Of a stretch of 64,000 bases of DNA, positions 44,060-58,078 are shown piece after piece. The first letter of the stretch is position 1; each line of letters begins with the position of its first letter. The notes below the pieces were generated by a model. That model was not told the origin of the DNA and ran no database searches. It was given only the letters and a program-made list of their open reading frames with translations. Both the position numbers and the translations under genes were made by a program. The DNA is from Octopus vulgaris (lineage: Eukaryota): assembly GCA_951406725.2 (NCBI GenBank), contig OX597819.1:27342001-27406000 (forward strand), written 5' to 3'.

Positions 44060-45140
44060 AGATATTAGTGAAAATTGTTGGCATATCTTTAATAACTACA
44101 GCAAAACTTATTTCCACTCATTTGCGCAATTTCTTTTCTCAGTTCCAGTCCATTATGTCAGGAGTCTTAAACAAACATTCTACGCACATTTCGATAGAAA
44201 CATTCCACGGCATTCTTTTATAGTATGAGGGAGTATGCCGTCCATGTCACTGTAACTTTGTTTGTTTTGATCTTCGGAACTAGCCTTTGAAGGAATTGTA
44301 TTGTATAATATTTTGCTTACAACATCATGGCTCATAGATAATATCGCGATGGCATTTTCGGATAACTGAATACAGTATGGATTACATTTTCGGTTTTAAT
44401 TCTAGACTTTGTATCTGATGTGCCATCTAGGTGTCTCAATGGCATCTTTGTCCTTTTGTGCTTTTGGTATTTTAGTGCTATTTCCTGTTCTTGGGTTACG
44501 AAAGCATACTTTTCAAAGTGAGATCTACTTTTCAAACATAGACTTGTTTGGCTATCTTTGTCGTTTAAAAGCTTTCTGACAACATAGCGATTAATGATTT
44601 TCTGGTGATTAATAGGAAGTTTACCTTTTGATGTGCTGTTGAAGTAAAGTTGTTCAACTTCCTTAGGTGTACATCCTAGGTAATCAATCAAGCAATAATT
44701 CGGAGAAGCTCCTTTACAAATTTCATGACATTAATATCATGCATGCAAATTTGATCCATGTCTCATAATATCCCTGCTGTTCAAGAAATATAATGCGACG
44801 TTAAAAGGCTGTTTTAATCGATATTAAACCTCTGCTGCCTTGCTTTTGTTTTAACTGTTGGCAATCAATATTATTATTGATGTGGAAATTTCTTATGGTT
44901 GAAAGTATTTTTCTTCTTTTGAAATCAATGTCTAAGATCTCATCTAGACAGCCATATATTTTTCATATAATTTTAATATTCAATGGTGACTCCTTCCTTG
45001 TTACAAGTGCCATTATAGGAAATATTTTGATCCGCCGCTATGTATTTGTGGCTTTCCTTCACTGATACCGAAGTCAGGCCATTGTTAACAATTTTGTCAT
45101 ACTTCTTTATTATCATTTTACTATCAGGTAGGGGTATTTA
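44060..45140 (-). pseudogene. R4/Dong-like RLE non-LTR retrotransposon relic
   Basis: Broken translation HKYIAADQN..IDFKRRKILSTIRNFH..KQGSRGLISI..SHFEKYAFVTQEQEI..PKMPSRYYL..SHDVV..WNV..PDIMDW..VEIS (thumb, RHD motif, PD-(D/E)xK endonuclease). Confidence 0.75.
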
Positions 45141-45216
45141 ACTTGTACGAGTTCCCTCGCAACTTCAAGAATATTGTAACTAGGTCAAGGCTTTTGCTAG
45201 ATTATTCATATTTTTG

Positions 45217-45425
45217 TGGAGGCGCGTGGCTTAGTGAAAAGAGTGTTGGATTCATGGAGATTGTGGTTTTGATTCTTAGACCGGGTGACGCGTTGTGCTA
45301 TTGAGCGAAACACGTTGTTTCGGTCCACGCAGCTGATAAAAATGAGTAATCGTTTAACGGGCCGGCGACCCATCCAGGGGAAAATATATGCACCACGGAA
45401 ACCAGGCAACTGGCTCTATGAGTCT
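45217..45425 (+). mobile_element. Degraded tRNA-derived SINE family D
   Basis: GGAGGCGCGTGGCTTAGTG..GGTTTTGATTC..GACCGGG head related to family C; distinct tail CCCATCCAGGGG..GGAAACCAGG. Confidence 0.55.
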
Positions 45426-45857
45426 TATCCTATTCATATTTCTGGTACATACCTTCAGGCCGTCCACAAAGAAGCCATCTGTCTAGTTGATGCATGCATA
45501 TATGCAGGCATGTATACAAATGTGTATGTGGTAGCCAATTTTGTCATGATTCTGCATGGCATTTAACTGTGAAGAGACATTTTTCAAATAGGTTCATAAA
45601 AGCTAAAAATCACCTTCGCCTTAAGACTCACAGCCAACTGATAGTGATACTCTTTATTAAGCCGACTTCCATTAAGTGTTAATAAGAATTGCAAACTTAA
45701 ATCCGAACGGTTTGGCGTAGTTGACATAGTAGTCTAATCCAGGGGATCGCAAGCACCGGGCCGCAGACTAGAATTGGGCCGTAGATTATTATTTTAAAAT
45801 CTTATTTCTCTTTTATTGCTTATTGCAGGTTGCAGTGTGTTCTTGCATTATATCATA

Positions 45858-46242
45858 CTAGCAGTATCGCCCGGAGTTGCTCGGGTTTGTAAGGGAAATA
45901 ACTATAAAGCATTTTTAGATAGTTATAGCCAAAAAATAGCAAAAAAATGGAAAAAAAATGATGGTAAATTTTTTTGAGAGTTAAAAAGGTCGAGTTGCGT
46001 CCCCTAGACAGTCTGTGGTTTGTTTTTTTCTGATTCTCGACCCCATGTCGAATTTATCGATTTTTTTCAGAACTGGGGGAACTTTTCAAAATTTTCGCTG
46101 CGTCAGTTTTGAATTATGACATTGGGCTATGTGTGTGTCAAGTTTCATCAGAATCGGTTGAAAGCCGTGGTCAGGGTGAGGGTACAACCTAACAGACACA
46201 CAGACACGCAGACAGACAAACTGCCGTTTATATATAGAGAGA
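45858..46242 (-). mobile_element. Non-autonomous Helitron
   Basis: Minus: A|TCTCTCTATATATAAAC...CCCGAGCAACTCCGGG hairpin..CTAG|T. AT target, no TSD, internal CAGA microsatellite. Confidence 0.8.
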
Positions 46243-46274
46243 TGTATTATACAAGTATTGTATCTTTATCTCTT

Positions 46275-46553
46275 ACCTTATTATTTGCTTCAGTCATTAG
46301 ATTGTGGCCATGCTGGGGCACTGACTTGAAGAATATCTAGTCGAAGGAATTGACCTCAGTACTTATTTGTTTTTTGCTCATTTTATTCTTTAGTATAGTA
46401 ATTGTTCGATCGGACTCTTTTGCCGAACCGATAAGTTATAGGGACGTAACACACCAACACCGGTTGTGAAATGGTGGTGTGGGCAAACGCACATACACAC
46501 GCACAGACTTACATACATACACACACTCACACATATAAGCGACGGGCTTCTTT
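46275..46553 (-). mobile_element. SINE A, partial and diverged
   Basis: Reverse complement of tail and body. Confidence 0.75.
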
Positions 46554-46577
46554 TATTCAAATTTCTTTTACGAATTG

Positions 46578-46946
46578 GACCACATGGTTATGGGTTCAGT
46601 CCCACTGCGTGGCACCTTCGGCAAATGTCTTCTACTATAGCCTCGGGCCGACCAAAGCCTTGTGAGTGGATTTGGTAGAAGGAAACTGAAAGAAGCCCGT
46701 CGTATATATGTATATATATATGTATGTGTGTGTATATGTTTGTGTCTGTGTATGTCCTCCCAACATCGCTCGACAACTGAAGCTGGTGTGTTTACGTCCC
46801 CGTAACTTAGCAGTTCGGCAAAAGAGACCGATAGAATAAGTACTTGGCTTCCAAACAATAAGTCCTGGGTTCCATTTGTTCGACTAAAGGCGGTGCTCCA
46901 GCATGGCCACAGTGAAATGACTGAAGCAAATAAAAGAGAAAAGAGT
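46578..46946 (+). mobile_element. SINE family A
   Basis: B box through tail. Confidence 0.88.
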
Positions 46947-47334
46947 AAACCGAATTATGTGGAGTTTTTTTGTAAGACATGGGTTACAGTACCTTCAACC
47001 GAAACTTCTATAAAGACACTTAGTATATTTATTCATACATCTCAGGATGTCGAAGGAGCTAAGTTGTTTTAGAAAGCGACGTTGACTGAATGACCAAGTG
47101 TTTGTGATATGGAAAATATTTGGCGGTACTAGTCACATGATCAACTAATGACGTAGGACACTGTTCAAATCTTTTCTTTCAAATCGTCGATTAGCAAAGT
47201 CTGATTGGATGAAAAGTTGTTGTTATACAATATACCTACATTAGATTTTATCTAATACAAACACATGCATATGAAAACACGAATACATACCCCACACACA
47301 TATGTGCGGCTATATCTATCTCCCTGTCCTTCTG

Positions 47335-47420
<86 letters not shown>

Positions 47421-47435
47421 GAAGTCAACTTTCAG

Positions 47436-47476
<41 letters not shown>

Positions 47477-47479
<3 letters not shown>

Positions 47480-47668
47480 GAAATTTACAGAAAAACAAAA
47501 GACGAAGCCAGGTGTATGAGCTACAAGCAGGTGAATTAGTTTTACATTCGGGAAAGTGAGAAAGGATTTTACGTTTCGAGCCTACGCTCTTCAACAGAAA
47601 GGAATACGAGAAAATAAACAGAGAGAGAGAGAATAAAGTGGATTTAAAATCAAGCATGGCGACTATGG

Positions 47669-47673
<5 letters not shown>
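47477..47673 (-). mobile_element. Penelope-like LTR fragment in (TA)n with hammerhead-like motif (47566-47601)
   Basis: Minus: CTTT-CTGTTGA-A-GAGC-GTAG-GCTC-GAAA-CG-TA-AAAT (A6U variant, palindromic ACGT stem III). TA runs on both sides. Confidence 0.55.
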
Positions 47674-47726
<53 letters not shown>

Positions 47727-48306
47727 CATACATACATACATACATACATACATACATACATACGTGCACATATATTTATATATATAGAGATATATATTTA
47801 TTTATGTATATATATATACACACACATATATATGACATATATGCGAATGCGTATGTTCGTAAGCGTGTGTGTGCGTATGTGTATGTATGCATGAGTCTGT
47901 GTGTGTGCGTGCGTTTAAATTGAAATATTACTCATAAATTAAATATGCATTATGTATTCAGAGCTAAAGTTCTTATATAGACGATATCCCAGATTACATG
48001 CAACACTTTGAGATCAAGAAGAACAAAAAAGTACACTGCCCTGTCAAGAACCATTTAATCTGACGTAAACTCAGTCACTGTGTTACCGATAACACAGCAG
48101 CCCACTTCCGGCGGCGATTATTCTCTTTATAATGCCTAATGCCACACAATGTTAGTGTCGCTACATGTGTGTGTATATGTGTGTATATGTGTGTGTGTGT
48201 GCATAGTAAGATTACAATTAAACCAGTCTGGTTTCGGTTCTAAGGTTAATCGTGTCATGTGTGTGAATACATTTACACACATTCATACATAAATACATAC
48301 AAACAT

Positions 48307-48342
<36 letters not shown>

Positions 48343-48347
48343 ACACA

Positions 48348-48437
<90 letters not shown>

Positions 48438-48438
<1 letters not shown>

Positions 48439-48826
48439 GGCTGTGTGGTAAGTATCTTGCTTCCCAACCACATGGTTCCGGGTTCAGTCCCACTGGGTGG
48501 CACCTTGGGCAAGTGTCTCCTGCTATAGCCTCGGGCCGACCAAGGCCTTGTGAGTGTATTTCATAGACGGAAACTGAAAGAAGCCTGTCGTATGTGTGTG
48601 TGTGTGTCTGTGTGTATGTTTGTGTGTCTGTGTCTGTCTCCCCACCATAGTTTGACAACCTATGTTGGTGTATTTACGTCCCCGTAAATTATCTGTTCGA
48701 CACAAGCGACCGATAGAATAAGTACTAGGCTTACAAAGAATAGTCCTGGGGTCGATTTGTTCGAGTAAAGACGGTACTCCAGCATGGCCACAGTCAAATG
48801 ACTGAAACACGTAAAAGAATGAAAGA
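48438..48826 (+). mobile_element. SINE family A
   Basis: Family A head to tail. Confidence 0.88.
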
Positions 48827-49082
48827 ATATATATATATATATATATATACGTACGTACGTACATACATACATGCATGCATACATATATACATATATCTAC
48901 ATACACACACACAGAAACATACACATCACACACATATATATGTGCGTGTATGTATGTATGTCTGTATGTATATATATAATGTAAGTATATATGTGAGTGT
49001 GTATAGAAAAGGTTGAATTGTGCGTGTTTCAGAGAAAAAGATAATTCGACAGTCGAATAGACAGCCGGGTAGAAATAAGGGA

Positions 49083-49156
<74 letters not shown>

Positions 49157-49157
49157 A

Positions 49158-49202
<45 letters not shown>

Positions 49203-49205
49203 CAG

Positions 49206-49272
<67 letters not shown>

Positions 49273-49277
49273 CAGAC

Positions 49278-49308
<31 letters not shown>

Positions 49309-49345
49309 CAGACAGATAGATAGATAGATAGATAGATAGACAGAC

Positions 49346-49403
<58 letters not shown>

Positions 49404-49546
49404 TTCTGAAACTAATAGAGCAACAAAAGAATGTGTGTGTGTTCGTGTACGTGTGTGTGTGTGTGTATTTGTGTATTTGTGTACGTGTATGTATGATTGT
49501 GTGTGTGTGTACGTGTGTGTGTGTGTATTTGTGTGCGCGTATGTAT

Positions 49547-49582
<36 letters not shown>

Positions 49583-49691
49583 CTGTCAGTGTTTTGTGTG
49601 CACGTGCAGCAAGGAAATACACTTGGTTTCATTCACTTGGTTTCCAACATATGTGTCTGACTATGCATGAACAAATATTCCGATCGCTTGA

Positions 49692-49741
<50 letters not shown>

Positions 49742-49899
49742 AACAAACACACACACACACACGGAGAGTATGATGTACAAAGATTCATTCTTTCATTCAT
49801 ACACACAAATCTCACATATATAAAATCTTACCTCCACCACTATCGCCACACACTACCATCAACTGCAACACTTCATCAACCCCGTCGTCATTATCACCG

Positions 49900-50235
49900 C
49901 CACCACTACCATTTCCACCGTCACCACAACCACCATCGCCACCACCACCACTACCGCCGCCACCACCACCACCACCACCACAGCCACCACAACCACCATC
50001 GCCACCACCACCACTACTTCCGCCACCACCACCACCACCACCACCACCACCACCACCGCCACCCCAACCACCATCGCCACCACCACCACTACCGCCGCCA
50101 CCACCACCACCACCACCACCGCCACCACAACCACCATCGCCACCACCACCACTACTTCCGCTACCACCACCACCACCACCACCACCACCACCACCACCGC
50201 CCCCACAACCACCATCCCCACCATCATCATCACGA
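49900..50235. repeat. (CAC)n-derived higher-order repeat
   Basis: Unit CAACCACCATCGCCACCACCACCACTAC recurs, with alternating CGCCGC/TTCCGC variants. Confidence 0.8.
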
Positions 50236-50950
50236 TGAGTCGTCGGTGCTCAATCAATATCTCAGAAGTTGCCACATTCTTCCACTTGATTCACACAAAA
50301 CATTTTATTGACATCGTTCGCTTTGCCTCATCTCCCCCCCCACCGAAACCCACTTACTTTCTCTTTCGCTCATTTCACACGCACGCACGCACGCACTCAT
50401 ACACCCATACACCCGCATACCCATGCATACGTACGTATACACACGCACACACGCTCTGTCTCGCCGTCTCAGCCTCCCTGTCTCTCTCTCTCTCTCTTTC
50501 TCTGTCCCTCTCTCTCCTACTCTTCCCTCTTTCTCTCTCCCCTTTCTCTTTCCCTCTCTGTCTTTGCCTCTCTATGTCTCTCTCTCTCAGCTGTTATATC
50601 TTCGTTCGTCTTTCAAACACACCCGTACGCTCCCCCCACACACACACACACGCACCCCCACACACGCACCCCTACATACAATCTATCTTTCTTGCCTTCT
50701 TCCTTTCTTTCTGTCTCTCTTCTTTCCTTTCTGTCTTTCTTAGCTTCTTTCTTTCTTCTTGTCTGTCTTTCTCTCTTTCCTCCCTTCTTCCTTTCTTCCT
50801 TTCTTTCTCTCCTTCTTTCTTTCTAGACATCTATCTACCTATGTATATATATGTACATATCTTTGTATCCATCGACATTACTGTTTCAACATGTGTTTAG
50901 TTCTCTCTCAATTGTTATTATTATTATTATTATTATCATTATTATTATTA

Positions 50951-50993
<43 letters not shown>

Positions 50994-51531
50994 GAGTGAG
51001 AGAGCAGTGCATGCCATCAAAGTAACACTGGGGTAAAATATACGAAGCCCAGTATACCCATCATGACTACCCGTATGATAAGGGTACACGAGGCACATGC
51101 ATCACAACCATATGTGCGCGACATGGTGATCTCATATCAAGATAAACAGCACATGACCTTGCAGGTGGGGCCCAGTTAGAATTTTGTTCTCGTCGAGTAG
51201 CCCATCCCGCTCAAAAGGTCCCTGAATAAGGGTTGTTTAAGGATGTTGAACGAAACAAACCTGTTTCCAAAGGTGAATTATTCAAACCCCAAACAATCCC
51301 TCTCAACACATGGCTATGATGCTCCCCCACTACTTCTGCTCGTGATCAGAGATGCACATATCGTCAGCCACTAAGGGACATGCTCAACTGGTTAAGGTCA
51401 AACAACTGACAAGCAAATCTGTGGTATTGAGCAGAATATTTGCTGTAGCCCATCTTTTATACCAAGACAAAACAATGTACATGATAACACTTCCAATCAG
51501 TTAAGATCAGAAGCCATGAGAGCCACTGCCT
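50994..51531 (-). mobile_element. Family F element, second copy in (AAT)n
   Basis: Similar to 42688-43205. ATT repeats directly on both sides; about 15 bp shorter at the other end. Confidence 0.8.
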
Positions 51532-51553
51532 TTATTATTATTATTATTATTAA

Positions 51554-51625
<72 letters not shown>

Positions 51626-52010
51626 GGCGCGCTATCAGAATCGCTAGCGCTCCGAGCGAAATGCTTAGCGTTATTTCGTCTGCCGCTACGTTCTGAGTTC
51701 AAATTCCGCCGAGGTCGACTTTGCCTTTCATCCTTTCGGGGTCGATAAATTAAGTACCAGTTACGCACTGGTATCGATATAATTGACTTAATCCGTTTGT
51801 CTGTCCTTGTTTGTCCTCTCTGTGGGTAGTAAAGAAACAGGTATTTCGTCTGCCGTTACGTTCTGAGTTCAAATGCTGTCGAGGTCGACTTCGTCCTTCA
51901 TCTGTTTGGAGAACGATAATATAAGTACCAGTTGAGCACTGGAGCAGATGTAATCGACTCGACACCCCCACCATCAAAATTTCAGACCTTGCGCCTATAA
52001 TAAAAAGGAT
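51626..52010 (+). mobile_element. SINE B dimer (type 1 unit + type 2 unit)
   Basis: Junction AAAGAAACA|GGTATTTCGTCTGCCG at 51840. Confidence 0.85.
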
Positions 52011-52041
52011 TAGCGTTGTTGTTGTTGTTGTTTGTGTTATT

Positions 52042-52526
52042 AAATTCCGCCGAGTTCGACTTTGCCTTTCATCCTTTCGGAGTCGATAAATTAAGTACCA
52101 GTTGCGTACTGAGATCGATCTAATCGACTGGCTCCATCATCATCATCGTTTAGCGTCCGTTTTCCATGCTAGCATGGGTTGGACGGTTCAACTGGGGTCT
52201 GTGAAGCCAGAAGGCTTCATCAGGCCCAGTCAGATCTGGCAGTGTTTCTACGGCTGGATGCCCTTCCTAACGCTAACCACTCCGTGAGTGTAGTGGGTGC
52301 TTTTTACGTGCCACCCGCACAGGTGCCAGGCGAGACTGGCAACGGACATGAACGGATGGTGCTTTTTAGGTGCCACCGGCACGAGGCCAGTCGGGGTGGC
52401 GCTGGCAACGGTCGCGAACGGATGGTTTTCTTACATGCCACCGGCACTGGTAACACATCTGCAATTTCCATTGATCGATCCTCTCCAAAAATTTCAGGCT
52501 TTGTGCCTAGAGTAGAAAAGAATTAT
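52042..52526 (+). mobile_element. SINE B (type 2) interrupted by family G
   Basis: Body at 52042-52134 and tail at 52472-52526 flank the insert. Confidence 0.75.
52135..52471 (-). mobile_element. RTE-associated SINE-like element family G, 5'-truncated
   Basis: Minus: GGAAGGGCATCCAGCCGTAGAAAC..CCAACCCATGCTAGCATGGAAAACGGACGCTAAAC(GAT)n. Internal tandem repeat of about 65 bp. Confidence 0.7.
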
Positions 52527-52720
52527 TCATTTTCGTTTCATTTTATCTGTCTGACTCTCTGTCTAATATGTACGTCTCTCTTTCTCTCTCCCACTCTCTC
52601 CATCTCCCTCTCACTTTCCTTCCCTCCCCTCTCTCTCTCTCTCTCTCTGTGTGTCTCTCTCTCTCTTTCTCTTTTACACTTTTACTTGTTTCAGTCATTT
52701 GACATACATACATACATACA

Positions 52721-52754
<34 letters not shown>

Positions 52755-53040
52755 CAATATACACTATTGTCGAATGACTGTGACGAATAGAAGTGTGCTT
52801 CGAAGTTTCGAGGTCATGGGTTCAATCCCGCTTAGTGGAAAATGTCATTTAGCAAAATCACAGCGTAACACCAGACTTCTCACATACTCTATCTCACGCC
52901 GATTTTACCCAAGGATTCTGTTTATGGGACTCGTGTCTGTGGATGTTCCTGATATTGACACGCACAAATTCAATGAACATTAATTCACTTGAATAAATAA
53001 CAGAATTTTCATATATCTTTATCTATCCATCTATCAATCA

Positions 53041-53084
<44 letters not shown>

Positions 53085-53122
53085 GTCTATCTATCTACCT
53101 AAAATCTATCTATCTATCTATC

Positions 53123-53306
53123 TTTTTTTTTTCTTGTTCTTTTCTTCCCTTTTACGATCCCTCTTGATCGAAAACCTACGCCACCCCTTTTTTTATTTTT
53201 TTTTTGTTTCTTTTGTTTTTTTTATTTTTTTCATCCCCCAAAAGAAAAGCTCTACCTTGTAACTTGTCCCATCTGTGTGCAGCCCTGTGTGGCCAATAAA
53301 GAAACT
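53123..53306 (+). mobile_element. L1/Tx1 3' UTR fragment inside (TATC)n
   Basis: TTGATCGAA..AAAAGAAAAGCTCTACCTTGTA..AGCCCTGTGTGGCCAATAAAGAAAC matches the 3' UTR of 10638-11251. Confidence 0.75.
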
Positions 53307-53392
53307 TATCCATCTATTTGTCTGTGTCTCCATCTATCTATCCACCTACCTACATACCTACCTACCTACCTACCTACCTACCTACCTACCTG

Positions 53393-53429
<37 letters not shown>

Positions 53430-53683
53430 GTATTTATGTATGCGTACATATATATATATATATGTGTGTGTGTGTGTATATATATATACACGCATACATA
53501 CACACGCACACATATGCATATACATGCATGCATATACTGCATATATATGTATAATCACATGGCTGTATATGTTATATACATCCATTTATCTCCCTATCCA
53601 ATAATGCATCCGATCAATTCGTATATCGTTCCGTGTAGGTGTTAATATATTTCTAATTATCTAGCATGTCATATATCGATACA

Positions 53684-53796
<113 letters not shown>

Positions 53797-53952
53797 AAAA
53801 CCCACTAGAATGGGAGCAAGCGCTAATCCGAATGATATGATATATATGTAAAAAATGTAATATATAAATAAATATCTACAAATATGAACCATCTGATCTG
53901 ATTACCTCAATTTTTCTAATATATAATACCTGTACATCATCTCCAAACCTTC

Positions 53953-54011
<59 letters not shown>

Positions 54012-54020
54012 TATATATAT

Positions 54021-54053
<33 letters not shown>

Positions 54054-54697
54054 TATATACATACATACATACATACATACATACATACATACATACATAC
54101 ATACACACATACATACATACATACATACATACATACATACATACATACATACATACATACATACATACATACATACATACACACACATTTACACATCTGA
54201 CTAACTTATATTATATATATCCATATATCTCCCTGTTCGATAATATATCCGTTTAGGTCATGGATCCATCCGTGAAAGTGTTTAATATATTTCTTATTAT
54301 CTCGCATATCATATCATATCATATACTGCATGTGTGTGGGCGCGCGCGTAACAAATATATATATATATGCACACACATACGCACGCATTCAGAAACACAC
54401 AAACACACACACACACACACAGACGATGAGACAGAGTCAAAATTATAGGGAAAGGTTGAGATTGAGTGAAAAAAAGTGAAATAAAAGTTTGGGAACCAGA
54501 CAGTTAGGGACATAAAGATAGTTATGTGTGCGTATGTGTGTATGTGTGTGTGTGTGTGCATGTGTGTGTGTGTGTGTGTGTGTGGGTATGAATATGCGCG
54601 CTTGTCTGCGTATTTGTGTGTGTCTATGTTATCTGCATACAAATGTGTGTGTGTGTGTGTGCATGCATATATGCTCATGTACTTATACAAGCTATGT

Positions 54698-54728
<31 letters not shown>

Positions 54729-54779
54729 GTAAGAGATGAGGAAATCGACTCCTTAGTCATTCGTTTTTCCTCCACCCAC

Positions 54780-55880
54780 CACGAACACTATCGCCGCAGC
54801 CAACACTTCCTCCTTCAACGTATCACCACCAATTTCACCACGTAACTTCCACCAATACTATAATCACCACCAGAACCACTAGCCCCAGAACAGTGACGTC
54901 TGTCAATACCACTACGACCACCCACAACCAACACCAACACCTCAAGCAACTCCACCATCATTACCACCACCACCACCATCACTACCACCACTACCATCAA
55001 TACTCCCACCACCACCATTACTACCACCGCCATCATCACCATTACTACCACCATCACTACAACCACCACTACCACCAACACTAGTACGACCACCATCACT
55101 ACTACCACCACCATCACACCACCACCACTACCACCACCACCACCACCATTACTACCACCACTACCATCATTACTGCCACCACCATCACTACCACCACCAT
55201 CATCACCACCATCACTACCATTACCACCAACATTACTACCACCACGACCACCATCATCACTACCACCACCACCACTACCACCACCACCATCACTACCATC
55301 ACCACGATCAATACTACCACTACTACCACCATCACTACCACCAACAACACCATCACTGTCACCATTACCATCACTATCACCATCACTACCATCACCACCA
55401 CCACAACCATAACTACAACCACTACCACCACTAGCACCATCACCATCGTTACCACCACCATCACTACCACCACCGACACCACCATCACAAGCAACAACAC
55501 CATTTTCATCATCACCATCGTAACCACCATCAGTAGGAAGTCCAGCACCACCACTGACACCATCACCATCTTAATGGCAACTATCACACCATCACCACCA
55601 CCACTACCACCACTACGCACTACAGCCACCACCAGCAACACCAACACATACCACCGCCACCACTATAACCGTCATCATCGTCATCATCGTCATCACCACA
55701 ATGACAACTACCTCCGAAGCCACCACTGCCACTATTTGTTTCGACGCTCACAAAATTTCAGAATCACTTTTAGTAATATCTAACACACCCAGCCACCCAG
55801 ATTGCACCTTCACCACTATCACTACTACAACACCACTCCGCACTACATCAACGCCACCATCGCCAATACCAGACCCACCT
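54780..55880. repeat. (CAC/CAT/TAC)n low-complexity region
   Basis: Read directly. Confidence 0.85.
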
Positions 55881-56460
55881 CCAAAATAGTGCCTCCACTA
55901 CCAACAACAGCGTCACCAGGAATAACAGAATCACTGTCAAAACAGTGCCGCTACCAATAAAAGCGCCACCACCACGAATAACAGCCCCATCACCAGGGAT
56001 AACAGTGCCGCCACCAAAACAGTGTCATCGCCAATAACAGCATCAGCGTCACAATACGAGCGTCACAATACGAGCGTCACAACCGATAACAGTGCCACCA
56101 CTAATAGCAGTGCCACCACCAAAACAGGGCCACCACCAAAATAGTGCCACCACCAACACAGCGTCACAACCGATAACAGTTCAACAACAAATAACAGCTC
56201 CATCACCAAAATAGTGCTACCACCAACACAGCGTCACAACCGATAACAGTTCAACCACAAATAACAGCTCCACCACCAAAATAGTGCCACCACCAACACA
56301 GCGTCACAACCGATAACAGTTCAATCACAAATAACAGCTCCACCACCAAAATGGTGCCACCACCAACACAGCGTCACAACCGATAACAGTTCAACCACAA
56401 ATAACAGCTCCACCACCAAAATAGTGCCACCGCCAGTAACAACTCCCACGAAAACAGTCA
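55880..56460. repeat. Minisatellite, 70-bp unit about 4.2x (56131-56433) with degenerate flanks
   Basis: GCGTCACAACCGATAACAG at 56161, 56231, 56301 and 56371. Confidence 0.9.
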
Positions 56461-56480
56461 CCACACGCACACACATACAC

Positions 56481-56537
<57 letters not shown>

Positions 56538-56588
56538 AACAGCAAAAACCCATCATGCTACCCTCTACTTTTTCCATCCGACCACCAT

Positions 56589-56625
<37 letters not shown>

Positions 56626-57241
56626 GTCATCGTTCCGTTCACCTCTCTGAGTTCTACCCTCTCTTCCTCCTCTTTCTTTCTTTTCTTCTTCTTTCTTTAC
56701 ATCATCTGTGTCTCCCCTCCCCCTCTTTCTTCTCCCCCACCCCCCCCACAGCTACACCGCATTTGCCAATCTCACATCCATTTAAACCTATAAAACGTTC
56801 CTTAAATGAAGCGTTCGACAATCCTTCACAGTCACTTCATCCTCTTACTTCACTTTTTTCATCGTTTTTCTTTTTTTTTCCCCACTGCAGCCCCAGCACA
56901 GCTGCCGCCGCCGCCGCCGCCACCGCTGCCACCCGCCGCCGCCGCCACCCGCCGCCGCTGCCACCGCGCCGCCGCTGCCACCGCCGCCGCCGCCGCCACG
57001 TCGCCGCCACAACAAACATATTCACTGCACATATCACCACCACCACAATCACCACAACTACCAGCAACAGCAGCACCACCGCCGCCGCCACCACCACCAC
57101 GATCATCATTTGTGTTTGTTCTTGTCCTTCCACGTCATATCTTTTTTCCTTCCGTTTTCTTTCGTCTCTTCGATTCTCGATATTTTTATTTGTTCGTTTG
57201 CTTGTTTTGTCTTTTCTTCCTCTCCCCTCTCTCTAACGTTC

Positions 57242-57305
<64 letters not shown>

Positions 57306-57345
57306 ACATGCACACACACATACACACATACATATATGTTTGTAT

Positions 57346-57408
<63 letters not shown>

Positions 57409-57470
57409 CACACACACATATATATGTACATACATACGTACATCACATCGCACAGACTGAATGACAAACT

Positions 57471-57504
<34 letters not shown>

Positions 57505-57789
57505 TAGCAATATACACGTACATATGCTTGAATGCCTGTGTGTGAGTATACAAATGTAATAACGTGCATAAAGACATAAACACACACATAAACACATACA
57601 TACATACATACATACATACATACATACATACATACACATACACATACACATACACATACATACATACATACATACATACATACATACATCCATCCATACC
57701 ATACATACATACATACATACATACATACATACATACATACATACATACATACATACATACATACATGGTGGTTGTCAGCTAGAAGACGA

Positions 57790-57930
57790 GTATGACCACT
57801 ACTGACTAATTCTCTTTTCAAGAGTGATACCGGAATGGACATAGCCAATCTGAAAGAAGAACTGACTGGAGGACACTGATCCAACGACGAGTAACCGAGA
57901 GTCGACTTCGACTGAGCGGATAGATAGATA
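57790..57930 (+). mobile_element. Degraded RTE-type LINE 3' end
   Basis: FKSDTGMDIANLKEE..DWRTLIQRRVTESRLRLSG* followed by short (GATA)n. Confidence 0.5.
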
Positions 57931-58078
57931 AAGACAATGGCTGTCAACAACGCCAGCGCTGAAATATGAAGTCAATAACAGCTTGCACAACACCGCTAAG
58001 ACTTTCTACAAATCAAGAGCAAGGTTTCTGGCTTCGCAAATATGACAGCTGTTATTTCAGAATTTCTTTCATCGAGAG

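Noticed and set aside
49667-50311. 214-aa His/Arg-rich ORF
   Set aside because: Derived from CA and CAC repeats; no splice or domain evidence.
52205-52230. CTGATGA on the minus strand in family G
   Set aside because: Part of a simple hairpin; no GAAA or stem III.
56131-56433. CRISPR-like periodicity
   Set aside because: Whole 70-bp units repeat with no unique spacers; eukaryotic context and no cas genes.
56424-57236. 270-aa low-complexity ORF with GCC repeats
   Set aside because: Patchwork of simple repeats with no coherent protein signal.
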